From Auanema rhodensis (Eukaryota; Animalia; Nematoda), in the NCBI GenBank assembly GCA_964057225.1, contig OZ059895.1:2170001-2234000 (forward strand): DNA of 64,000 nt. The letters run 5' to 3'. Both the position numbers and the translations under genes were made by a program. Each line of letters begins with the position of its first letter. Position 1 is the first letter of the stretch. Below, in pieces: positions 11,501 through 24,600 of the stretch. The notes beneath the pieces are model-generated. The model did not search any database. It had not been told where the DNA came from and worked only from the letters and a program-made list of their open reading frames with translations.

Positions 11501-14500
11501 ATTTTTCGAAAAAATTTTTGTCAAAATGTTTTTGGAAGCAATGTTGAGTGTACATGGAAACTCAACATACACTAATGCATCATTTTTCAAACGATCATAA
11601 CTAATTTTTGTATTAAGCTTTTCTCAATGTAGTATAGTGCATTCGATGCGGATTTTTAAGCTGCGTCGATCTGTGTTATCAGATTTGCGCTAGCTTGAAA
11701 ATGCACCGAGATATCAACTGATATAAGTTCACACTTATATCCTCGATTTTCACCCTGAAGAATTAATTTTTTCGTTAAATAACATCGTCCATCGTCTTTG
11801 CCTTGAAAAATGGAATCTAAAAACATCTACTTTTTGCTAAATTATTTTGAAATTTTTCGAAAAAATTTTTGTCAAAATGTTTTTGGAAGCAATGTTGAGT
11901 GTACATGGAAACTCAACATACACTAATGCATCATTTTTCAAACGATCATAACTAATTTTTGTATTAAGCTTTTCTCAATGTAGTATAGTGCATTCGATGC
12001 GGATTTTTAAGCTGCGTCGATCTGTGTTATCAGATTTGCGCTAGCTTAAAAATGCACCGAGATATCAACTGATATAAGTTTACACTTATATCCTCGATTT
12101 TCACCCTGAAGAATTAATTTTTTCGTTGAATAACATCGTCCATCGTCTTTGCCTTGCAAAATGGAATCTAAAAACATCTACTTTTTGCTAAATTATTTTG
12201 AAATTTTTCGAAAAAATTTTTGTCAAAATGTTTTTGGAAGCAATGTTGAGTGTACGTGGAAACTCAACATACACTAATGCATCATTTTTCAAACGATTAT
12301 AACTAATTTTTGTATTAAGCTTTTCTCAATGTAGTATAGTGCATTCGATGCGGATTTTTAAGCTGCGTCGATCTGTGTTATCAGATTTGCGCTAGCTTAA
12401 AAATGCACCGAGATATCAACTGATATAAGTTCACACTTATATCCTCGATTTTCACCCTGAAGAATTAATTTTTTCGTTGAATAACATCGTCCATCGTCTT
12501 TGCCTTGAAAAATGGAATCTAAAAACATCTACTTTTTGCTAAATTATTTTGAAATTTTTCGAAAAAATTTTTGTCAAAATGTTTTTGGAAGCAATGTTGA
12601 GTGTACATGGAAACTCAACATACACTAATGCATCATTTTTCAAACGATCATAACTAATTTTTGTATTAAGCTTTTCTCAATGTAGTATAGTGCATTCGAT
12701 GCGGATTTTTAAGCTGCGTCGATCTGTGTTATCAGATTTGCGCTAGCTTAAAAATGCACCGAGATATCAACTGATATAAGTTCACACTTATATCCTCGAT
12801 TTTCACCCTGAAGAATTAATTTTTTCGTTGAATAACATTGTCCATCGTCTTTGCCTTGAAAAATGGAATTTAAAAACATCTATTTTTTGCTAAATTGTTT
12901 CGAAATTTTTCGAAAAAATTTTTGTCAAAATGTTTTTGGAAGCAATGTTGAGTGTACATGGAAACTCAACATACACTAATGCATCATTTTTCAAACGATC
13001 ATAACTAATTTTTGTATTAAGCTTTTCTCAATGTAGTATAGTGCATTCGATGCGGATTTTTAAGCTGCGTCGATCTGTGTTATCAGATTTGCGCTAGCTT
13101 AAAAATGCACCGAGATATCAACTGATATAAGTTCACACTTATATCCTCGATTTTCACCCTGAAGAATTAATTTTTTCGTTGAATAACATTGTCCATCTTC
13201 TTTGCCTTAAAAAATGGAATCTAAAAACATCTACTTTTTGCTAAATTATTTTGAAATTTTTCGAAAAAATTTTTGTCAAAATGTTTTTGGAAGCAATGTT
13301 GAGTGTACATGGAAACTCAACATACACTAATGCATCATTTTTCAAACGATCATAACTAATTTTTGTATTAAGCGTTTCTCAATGTAGTATAGTGCATTCG
13401 ATGCGGATTTTTAAGCTGCGTCGATCTGTGTTATCAGATTTGCGCTAGCTTAAAAATGCACCGAGATATCAACTGATATAAGTTCACACTTATATCCTCG
13501 ATTTTCACCCTGAAGAATTAATTTTTTCGTTGAATAACATCGTCCATCGTCTTTGCCTTGAAAAATGGAATCTAAAAACATCTACTTTTTGCTAAATTAT
13601 TTTGAAATTTTTCGAAAAAATTTTTGTCAAAATGTTTTTGGAAGCAATGTTGAGTGTACATGGAAACTCAACATACACTAATGCATCATTTTTCAAACGA
13701 TCATAACTAATTTTTGTATTAAGCTTTTCTCAATGTAGTATAGTGCATTCGATGCGGATTTTTAAGCTGCGTCGATCTGTGTTATCAGATTTGCGCTAGC
13801 TTGAAAATGCACCGAGATATCAACTGATATAAGTTCACACTTATATCCTCGATTTTCACCCTGAAGAATTAATTTTTTCGTTAAATAACATCGTCCATCG
13901 TCTTTGCCTTGAAAAATGGAATCTAAAAACATCTACTTTTTGCTAAATTATTTTGAAATTTTTCGAAAAAATTTTTGTCAAAATGTTTTTGGAAGCAATG
14001 TTGAGTGTACATGGAAACTCAACATACACTAATGCATCATTTTTCAAACGATCATAACTAATTTTTGTATTAAGCTTTTCTCAATGTAGTATAGTGCATT
14101 CGATGCGGATTTTTAAGCTGCGTCGATCTGTGTTATCAGATTTGCGCTAGCTTAAAAATGCACCGAGATATCAACTGATATAAGTTTACACTTATATCCT
14201 CGATTTTCACCCTGAAGAATTAATTTTTTCGTTGAATAACATCGTCCATCGTCTTTGCCTTGCAAAATGGAATCTAAAAACATCTACTTTTTGCTAAATT
14301 ATTTTGAAATTTTTCGAAAAAATTTTTGTCAAAATGTTTTTGGAAGCAATGTTGAGTGTACGTGGAAACTCAACATACACTAATGCATCATTTTTCAAAC
14401 GATTATAACTAATTTTTGTATTAAGCTTTTCTCAATGTAGTATAGTGCATTCGATGCGGATTTTTAAGCTGCGTCGATCTGTGTTATCAGATTTGCGCTA

Positions 14501-14537
14501 GCTTAAAAATGCACCGAGATATCAACTGATATAAGTT
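4564..14537 (+). repeat. 6-monomer (2,106 bp) higher-order repeat: about 4 full units plus one irregular 5-monomer unit
   Basis: Unit [203T,234T,247T,261G,265C][203T,211T,222A][36G][114G,194A][147T,223C,322G][13T] occurs at M14-19, M20-25, M26-31 and M37-42. M32-36 retains only the last three monomer types. ORFs at 4476 and 6582 are 2,106 bp apart. Confidence 0.9.
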
Positions 14538-16497
14538 TACACTTATATCCTCGATTTTCACCCTGAAGAATTAATTTTTTCGTTGAATAACATTGTCCAT
14601 CGTCTTTGCCTTGAAAAATGGAATCTAAAAACATCTACTTTTTGCTAAATTATTTTGAAATTTTTCGAAAAAATTTTTGTCAAAATGTTTTTGGAAGCAA
14701 TGTTGAGTGTACATGGAAACTCAACATACACTAATGCATCATTTTTCAAACGATCATAACTAATTTTTGTATTAAGCTTTTCTCAATGAAGTATAGTGCA
14801 TTCGATGCGGATTTTTAAGCTGCGTCGATCTGTGTTATCAGATTTGCGCTAGCTGAAAAATGCACCGAGATATCAACTGATATAAGTTCACACTTATATC
14901 CTCGATTTTCACCCTGAAGAATTAATTTTTTCGTTGAATAACATCGTCCATCGTCTTTGCCTTGAAAAATGGAATCTAAAAACATCTACTTTTTGCTAAA
15001 TTATTTTGAAATTTTTCGAAAAAATTTTTGTCAAAATGTTTTTGGAAGCAATGTTGAGTGTACGTGGAAACTCAACATACACTAATGCATCATTTTTCAA
15101 ACGATCATAACTAATTTTTGTATTATGCTTTTCTCAATGTAGTATAGTGCATTCGATGCGGATTTTTAAGCTGCGTCGATCTGTGTTATCAGATTTGCGC
15201 TAGCTTAAAAATGCACCGAGATATCAACTGATATAAGTTTACACTTATATCCTCGATTTTCACCCTGAAGAATTAATTTTTTCGTTGAATAACATCGTCC
15301 ATTGTCTTTGCCTTGATAAATGGAATCTAAAAACATCTACTTTTTGCTAAATTATTTTGAAATTTTTCGAAAAAATTTTTGTCAAAATGTTTTTGGAAGC
15401 AATGTTGAGTGTACATGGAAACTCAACATACACTAATGCATCATTTTTCAAACGATCATAACTAATTTTTGTATTAAGCTTTTCTCAATGTAGTATAGTG
15501 CATTCGATGCGGATTTTTAAGCTGCGTCGATCTGTGTTATCAGATTTGCGCTAGCTTAAAAATGCACCGAGATATCAACTGATATAAGTTTACACTTATA
15601 TCCTCGATTTTCACCCTGAAGAATTAATTTTTTCGTTGAATAACATCGTCCATCGTCTTTGCCTTGAAAAATGGAATCTAAAAACATCTACTTTTTGCTA
15701 AATTATTTTGAAATTTTTCGAAAAAATTTTTGTCAAAATGTTTTTGGAAGCAATGTTGAGTGTACATGGAAACTCAACATACACTAATGCATCATTTTTC
15801 AAACGATCATAACTAATTTTTGTATTAAGCGTTTCTCAATGTAGTATAGTGCATTCGATGCGGATTTTTAAGCTGCGTCGATCTGTGTTATCAGATTTGC
15901 GCTAGCTTAAAAATGCACCGAGATATCAACTGATATAAGTTCACACTTATATCCTCGATTTTCACCCTGAAGAATTAATTTTTTCGTTGAATAACATCGT
16001 CCATCGTCTTTGCCTTGAAAAATGGAATCTAAAAACATCTACTTTTTGCTAAATTATTTTGAAATTTTTCGAAAAAATTTTTGTCAAAATGTTTTTGGAA
16101 GCAATGTTGAGTGTAAATGGAAACTCAACATACACTAATGCATCATTTTTCAAACGATCATAACTAATTTTTGTATTAAGCTTTTCTCAATGTAGTATAG
16201 TGCATTCGATGCGGATTTTTAAGCTGCGTCGATCTGTGTTATCAGATTTGCGCTAGCTTAAAAATGCACCGAGATATCAACTGATATAAGTTTACACTTA
16301 TATCCTCGATTTTCACCCTGAAGAATTAATTTTTTCGTTGAATAACATTGTCCATCGTCTTTGCCTTGAAAAATGGAATCTAAAAACATCTATTTTTTGC
16401 TAAATTGTTTCGAAATTTTTCGAAAAAATTTTTGTCAAAATGTTTTTGGAAGCAATGTTGAGTGTACATGGAAACTCAACATACACTAATGCATCAT

Positions 16498-18603
16498 TTT
16501 TCAAACGATCATAACTAATTTTTGTATTAAGCTTTTCTCAATGTAGTATAGTGCATTCGATGCGGATTTTTAAGCTGCGTCGATCTGTGTTATCAGATTT
16601 GCGCTAGCTTAAAAATGCACCGAGATATCAACTGATATAAGTTCACACTTATATCCTCGATTTTCACCCTGAAGAATTAATTTTTTCGTTGAATAACATC
16701 GTCCATCGTCTTTGCCTTGAAAAACGGAATCTAAAAACATCTACTTTTTGCTAAATTATTTTGAAATTTTTCGAAAAAATTTTTGTCAAAATGTTTTTGG
16801 AAGCAATGTTGAGTGTACATGGAAACTCAACATACACTAATGCATCATTTTTCAAACGATCATAACTAATTTTTGTATTAAGCGTTTCTCAATGTAGTAT
16901 AGTGCATTCGATGCGGATTTTTAAGCTGCGTCGATCTGTGTTATCAGATTTGCGCTAGCTTAAAAATGCACCGAGATATCAACTGATATAAGTTTACACT
17001 TATATCCTCGATTTTCACCCTGAAGAATTAATTTTTTCGTTGAATAACATCGTCCATCGTCTTTGCCTTGAAAAACGGAATCTAAAAACATCTACTTTTT
17101 GCTAAATTATTTTGAAATTTTTCGAAAAAATTTTTGTCAAAATGTTTTTGGAAGCAATGTTGAGTGTACATGGAAACTCAACATACACTAATGCATCATT
17201 TTTCAAACGATCATAACTAATTTTTGTATTAAGCGTTTCTCAATGTAGTATAGTGCATTCGATGCGGATTTTTAAGCTGCGTCGATCTGTGTTATCAGAT
17301 TTGCGCTAGCTTAAAAATGCACCGAGATATCAACTGATATAAGTTCACACTTATATCCTCGATTTTCACCCTGAAGAATTAATTTTTTCGTTGAATAACA
17401 TTGTCCATCGTCTTTGCCTTGAAAAATGGAATCTAAAAACATCTACTTTTTGCTAAATTATTTTGAAATTTTTCGAAAAAATTTTTGTCAAAATGTTTTT
17501 GGAAGCAATGTTGAGTGTACGTGGAAACTCAACATACACTAATGCATCATTTTTCAAACGATTATAACTAATTTTTGTATTAAGATTTTCTCAATGTAGT
17601 ATAGTGCATTCGATGCGGATTTTTAAGCTGCGTCGATCTGTGTTATCAGATTTGCGCTAGCTTAAAAATGCACCGAGATATCAACTGATATAAGTTCACA
17701 CTTATATCCTCGATTTTCACCCTGAAGAATTAATTTTTTCGTTGAATAACATCGTCCATCGTCTTTGCCTTGAAAAATGGAATCTAAAAACATCTACTTT
17801 TTGCTAAATTATTTTGAAATTTTTCGAAAAAATTTTTGTCAAAATGTTTTTGGAAGCAATGTTGAGTGTACATGGAAACTCAACATACACTAATGCATCA
17901 TTTTTCAAACGATCATAACTAATTTTTGTATTAAGCTTTTCTCAATGTAGTATAGTGCATTCGATGCGGATTTTTTAGCTGCGTCGATCTGTGTTATCAG
18001 ATTTGCGCTAGCTTAAAAATGCACCGAGATATCAACTGATATAAGTTCACACTTATATCCTCGATTTTCACCCTGAAGAATTAATTTTTTCGTTGAATAA
18101 CATCGTCCATCGTCTTTGCCTTGAAAAATGGAATCTAAAAACATCTACTTTTTGCTAAATTATTTTGAAATTTTTCGAAAAAATTTTTGTCAAAATGTTT
18201 TTGGAAGCAATGTTGAGTGTACATGGAAACTCAACATACACTAATGCATCATTTTTCAAACGATCATAACTAATTTTTGTATTAAGCTTTTCTCAATGTA
18301 GTATAGTGCATTCGATGCGGATTTTTAAGCTGCGTCGATCTGTGTTATCAGATTTGCGCTAGCTTAAAAATGCACCGAGATATCAACTGATATAAGTTCA
18401 CACTTATATCCTCGATTTTCACCCTGAAGAATTAATTTTTTCGTTGAATAACATCGTCCATCGTCTTTGCCTTGAAAAATGGAATCTAAAAACATCTACT
18501 TTTTGCGAAATTATTTTGAAATTTTTCGAAAAAATTTTTGTCAAAATGTTTTTGGAAGCAATGTTGAGTGTACATGGAAACTCAACATACACTAATGCAT
18601 CAT
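16498..18603 (+). repeat. 6-monomer block present three times non-adjacently (also 24220-26325 and 33697-35802)
   Basis: Series [228C][36G,147T,228C][36G,203T,322G][13T,35A][75T][255G] occurs at M48-53, M70-75 and M97-102. The 255G allele creates the identical minus-strand ORFs at 18419, 26141 and 35618 (spacings 22 and 27 monomers). Confidence 0.9.
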
Positions 18604-18678
18604 TTTTCAAACGATCATAACTAATTTTTGTATTAAGCTTTTCTCAATGTAGTATAGTGCATTCGATGCGGATTTTTA

Positions 18679-21600
18679 AGCTGCGTCGATCTGTGTTATC
18701 AGATTTGCGCTAGCTTAAAAATGCACCGAGATATCAACTGATATAAGTTCACACTTATATCCTCGATTTTCACCCTGAAGAATTAATTTTTTCGTTGAAT
18801 AACATTGTCCATCGTCTTTGCCTTGAAAAATGGAATCTAAAAACATCTATTTTTTGCTAAATTGTTTCGAAATTTTTCGAAAAAATTTTTGTCAAAATGT
18901 TTTTGGAAGCAATGTTGAGTGTACATGGAAACTCAACATACACTAATGCATCATTTTTCAAACGATCATAACTAATTTTTGTATTAAGCTTTTCTCAATG
19001 TAGTATAGTGCATTCGATGCGGATTTTTAAGCTGCGTCGATCTGTGTTATCAGATTTGCGCTAGCTTAAAAATGCACCGAGATATCAACTGATATAAGTT
19101 CACACTTATATCCTCGATTTTCACCCTGAAGAATTAATTTTTTCGTTGAATAACATCGTCCATCGTCTTTGCCTTGAAAAATGGAATCTAAAAACATCTA
19201 CTTTTTGCTAAATTATTTTGAAATTTTTCGAAAAAATTTTTGTCAAAATGTTTTTGGAAGCAATGTTGAGTGTACGTGGAAACTCAACATACACTAATGC
19301 ATCATTTTTCAAACGATCATAACTAATTTTTGTATTAAGCGTTTCTCAATGTAGTATAGTGCATTCGATGCGGATTTTTAAGCTGCGTCGATCTGTGTTA
19401 TCAGATTTGCGCTAGCTTAAAAATGCACCGAGATATCAACTGATATAAGTTCACACTTATATCCTCGATTTTCACCCTGAAGAATTAATTTTTTCGTTGA
19501 ATAACATCGTCCATCGTCTTTGCCTTGAAAAACGGAATCTAAAAACATCTACTTTTTGCTAAATTATTTTGAAATTTTTCGAAAAAATTTTTGTCAAAAT
19601 GTTTTTGGAAGCAATGTTGAGTGTACATGGAAACTCAACATACACTAATGCATCATTTTTCAAACGATCATAACTAATTTTTGTATTAAGCGTTTCTCAA
19701 TGTAGTATAGTGCATTCGATGCGGATTTTTAAGCTGCGTCGATCTGTGTTATCAGATTTGCGCTAGCTTAAAAATGCACCGAGATATCAACTGATATAAG
19801 TTCACACTTATATCCTCGATTTTCACCCTGAAGAATTAATTTTTTCGTTGAATAACATTGTCCATCGTCTTTGCCTTGAAAAATGGAATCTAAAAACATC
19901 TACTTTTTGCTAAATTATTTTGAAATTTTTCGAAAAAATTTTTGTCAAAATGTTTTTGGAAGCAATGTTGAGTGTACGTGGAAACTCAACATACACTAAT
20001 GCATCATTTTTCAAACGATTATAACTAATTTTTGTATTAAGATTTTCTCAATGTAGTATAGTGCATTCGATGCGGATTTTTAAGCTGCGTCGATCTGTGT
20101 TATCAGATTTGCGCTAGCTTAAAAATGCACCGAGATATCAACTGATATAAGTTCACACTTATATTCTCGATTTTCACCCTGAAGAATTAATTTTTTCGTT
20201 GAATAACATTGTCCATCGTCTTTGCCTTGAAAAATGGAATCTAAAAACATCTACTTTTTGCTAAATTATTTTGAAATTTTTCGAAAAAATTTTTGTCAAA
20301 ATGTTTTTGGAAGCAATGTTGAGTGTACGTGGAAACTCAACATACACTAATGCATCATTTTTCAAACGATCATAACTAATTTTTGTATTAAGCTTTTCTC
20401 AATGTAGTATAGTGCATTCGATGCGGATTTTTAAGCTGCGTCGATCTGTGTTATCAGATTTGCGCTAGCTTAAAAATGCACCGAGATATCAACTGATATA
20501 AGTTCACACTTATATCCTCGATTTTCACCCTGAAGAATTAATTTTTTCGTTGAATAACATTGTCCATCTTCTTTGCCACAAAAAATGGAATCTAAAAACA
20601 TCTACTTTTTGCTAAATTATTTTGAAATTTTTCGAAAAAATTTTTGTCAAAATGTTTTTGGAAGCAATGTTGAGTGTACATGGAAACTCAACATACACTA
20701 ATGCATCATTTTTCAAACGATCATAACTAATTTTTGTATTAAGCGTTTCTCAATGTAGTATAGTGCATTCGATGCGGATTTTTAAGCTGCGTCGATCTGT
20801 GTTATCAGATTTGCGCTAGCTTAAAAATGCACCGAGATATCAACTGATATAAGTTCACACTTATATCCTCGATTTTCACCCTGAAGAATTAATTTTTTCG
20901 TTGAATAACATCGTCCATCGTCTTTGCCTTGAAAAATGGAATCTAAAAACATCTACTTTTTGCTAAATTATTTTGAAATTTTTCGAAAAAATTTTTGTCA
21001 AAATGTTTTTGGAAGCAATGTTGAGTGTACATGGAAACTCAACATACACTAATGCATCATTTTTCAAACGATCATAACTAATTTTTGTATTAAGCTTTTC
21101 TCAATGTAGTATAGTGCATTCGATGCGGATTTTTTAGCTGCGTCGATCTGTGTTATCAGATTTGCGCTAGCTTAAAAATGCACCGAGATATCAACTGATA
21201 TAAGTTCACACTTATATCCTCGATTTTCACCCTGAAGAATTAATTTTTTCGTTGAATAACATTGTCCATCTTCTTTGCCACAAAAAATGGAATCTAAAAA
21301 CATCTACTTTTTGCTAAATTATTTTGAAATTTTTCGAAAAAATTTTTGTCAAAATGTTTTTGGAAGCAATGTTGAGTGTACATGGAAACTCAACATACAC
21401 TAATGCATCATTTTTCAAACGATCATAACTAATTTTTGTATTAAGCGTTTCTCAATGTAGTATAGTGCATTCGATGCGGATTTTTAAGCTGCGTCGATCT
21501 GTGTTATCAGATTTGCGCTAGCTTAAAAATGCACCGAGATATCAACTGATATAAGTTCACACTTATATCCTCGATTTTCACCCTGAAGAATTAATTTTTT

Positions 21601-24600
21601 CGTTGAATAACATCGTCCATCGTCTTTGCCTTGAAAAATGGAATCTAAAAACATCTACTTTTTGCTAAATTATTTTGAAATTTTTCGAAAAAATTTTTGT
21701 CAAAATGTTTTTGGAAGCAATGTTGAGTGTACATGGAAACTCAACATACACTAATGCATCATTTTTCAAACGATCATAACTAATTTTTGTATTAAGCTTT
21801 TCTCAATGTAGTATAGTGCATTCGATGCGGATTTTTTAGCTGCGTCGATCTGTGTTATCAGATTTGCGCTAGCTTAAAAATGCACCGAGATATCAACTGA
21901 TATAAGTTCACACTTATATCCTCGATTTTCACCCTGAAGAATTAATTTTTTCGTTGAATAACATTGTCCATCGTCTTTGCCTTGAAAAATGGAATCTAAA
22001 AACATCTATTTTTTGCTAAATTGTTTCGAAATTTTTCGAAAAAATTTTTGTCAAAATGTTTTTGGAAGCAATGTTGAGTGTACATGGAAACTCAACATAC
22101 ACTAATGCATCATTTTTCAAACGATCATAACTAATTTTTGTATTAAGCTTTTCTCAATGTAGTATAGTGCATTCGATGCGGATTTTTAAGCTGCGTCGAT
22201 CTGTGTTATCAGATTTGCGCTAGCTTAAAAATGCACCGAGATATCAACTGATATAAGTTTACACTTATATCCTCGATTTTCACCCTGAAGAATTAATTTT
22301 TTCGTTGAATAACATCGTCCATCGTCTTTGCCTTGAAAAACGGAATCTAAAAACATCTACTTTTTGCTAAATTATTTTGAAATTTTTCGAAAAAATTTTT
22401 GTCAAAATGTTTTTGGAAGCAATGTTGAGTGTACATGGAAACTCAACATACACTAATGCATCATTTTTCAAACGATCATAACTAATTTTTGTATTAAGCG
22501 TTTCTCAATGTAGTATAGTGCATTCGATGCGGATTTTTAAGCTGCGTCGATCTGTGTTATCAGATTTGCGCTAGCTTAAAAATGCACCGAGATATCAACT
22601 GATATAAGTTCACACTTATATCCTCGATTTTCACCCTGAAGAATTAATTTTTTCGTTGAATAACATCGTCCATCGTCTTTGCCTTGAAAAACGGAATCTA
22701 AAAACATCTACTTTTTGCTAAATTATTTTGAAATTTTTCGAAAAAATTTTTGTCAAAATGTTTTTGGAAGCAATGTTGAGTGTACATGGAAACTCAACAT
22801 ACACTAATGCATCATTTTTCAAACGATCATAACTAATTTTTGTATTAAGCGTTTCTCAATGTAGTATAGTGCATTCGATGCGGATTTTTAAGCTGCGTCG
22901 ATCTGTGTTATCAGATTTGCGCTAGCTTAAAAATGCACCGAGATATCAACTGATATAAGTTCACACTTATATCCTCGATTTTCACCCTGAAGAATTAATT
23001 TTTTCGTTGAATAACATTGTCCATCGTCTTTGCCTTGAAAAATGGAATCTAAAAACATCTACTTTTTGCTAAATTATTTTGAAATTTTTCGAAAAAATTT
23101 TTGTCAAAATGTTTTTGGAAGCAATGTTGAGTGTACGTGGAAACTCAACATACACTAATGCATCATTTTTCAAACGATTATAACTAATTTTTGTATTAAG
23201 ATTTTCTCAATGTAGTATAGTGCATTCGATGCGGATTTTTAAGCTGCGTCGATCTGTGTTATCAGATTTGCGCTAGCTTAAAAATGCACCGAGATATCAA
23301 CTGATATAAGTTCACACTTATATCCTCGATTTTCACCCTGAAGAATTAATTTTTTCGTTGAATAACATCGTCCATCGTCTTTGCCTTGAAAAATGGAATC
23401 TAAAAACATCTACTTTTTGCTAAATTATTTTGAAATTTTTCGAAAAAATTTTTGTCAAAATGTTTTTGGAAGCAATGTTGAGTGTACATGGAAACTCAAC
23501 ATACACTAATGCATCATTTTTCAAACGATCATAACTAATTTTTGTATTAAGCGTTTCTCAATGTAGTATAGTGCATTCGATGCGGATTTTTAAGCTGCGT
23601 CGATCTGTGTTATCAGATTTGCGCTAGCTTAAAAATGCACCGAGATATCAACTGATATAAGTTTACACTTATATCCTCGATTTTCACCCTGAAGAATTAA
23701 TTTTTTCGTTGAATAACATCGTCCATCGTCTTTGCCTTGAAAAACGGAATCTAAAAACATCTACTTTTTGCTAAATTATTTTGAAATTTTTCGAAAAAAT
23801 TTTTGTCAAAATGTTTTTGGAAGCAATGTTGAGTGTACATGGAAACTCAACATACACTAATGCATCATTTTTCAAACGATCATAACTAATTTTTGTATTA
23901 AGCGTTTCTCAATGTAGTATAGTGCATTCGATGCGGATTTTTAAGCTGCGTCGATCTGTGTTATCAGATTTGCGCTAGCTTAAAAATGCACCGAGATATC
24001 AACTGATATAAGTTCACACTTATATCCTCGATTTTCACCCTGAAGAATTAATTTTTTCGTTGAATAACATTGTCCATCGTCTTTGCCTTGAAAAACGGAA
24101 TCTAAAAACATCTACTTTTTGCTAAATTGTTTCGAAATTTTTCGAAAAAATTTTTGTCAAAATGTTTTTGGAAGCAATGTTGAGTGTACATGGAAACTCA
24201 ACATACACTAATGCATCATTTTTCAAACGATCATAACTAATTTTTGTATTAAGCTTTTCTCAATGTAGTATAGTGCATTCGATGCGGATTTTTAAGCTGC
24301 GTCGATCTGTGTTATCAGATTTGCGCTAGCTTAAAAATGCACCGAGATATCAACTGATATAAGTTCACACTTATATCCTCGATTTTCACCCTGAAGAATT
24401 AATTTTTTCGTTGAATAACATCGTCCATCGTCTTTGCCTTGAAAAACGGAATCTAAAAACATCTACTTTTTGCTAAATTATTTTGAAATTTTTCGAAAAA
24501 ATTTTTGTCAAAATGTTTTTGGAAGCAATGTTGAGTGTACATGGAAACTCAACATACACTAATGCATCATTTTTCAAACGATCATAACTAATTTTTGTAT

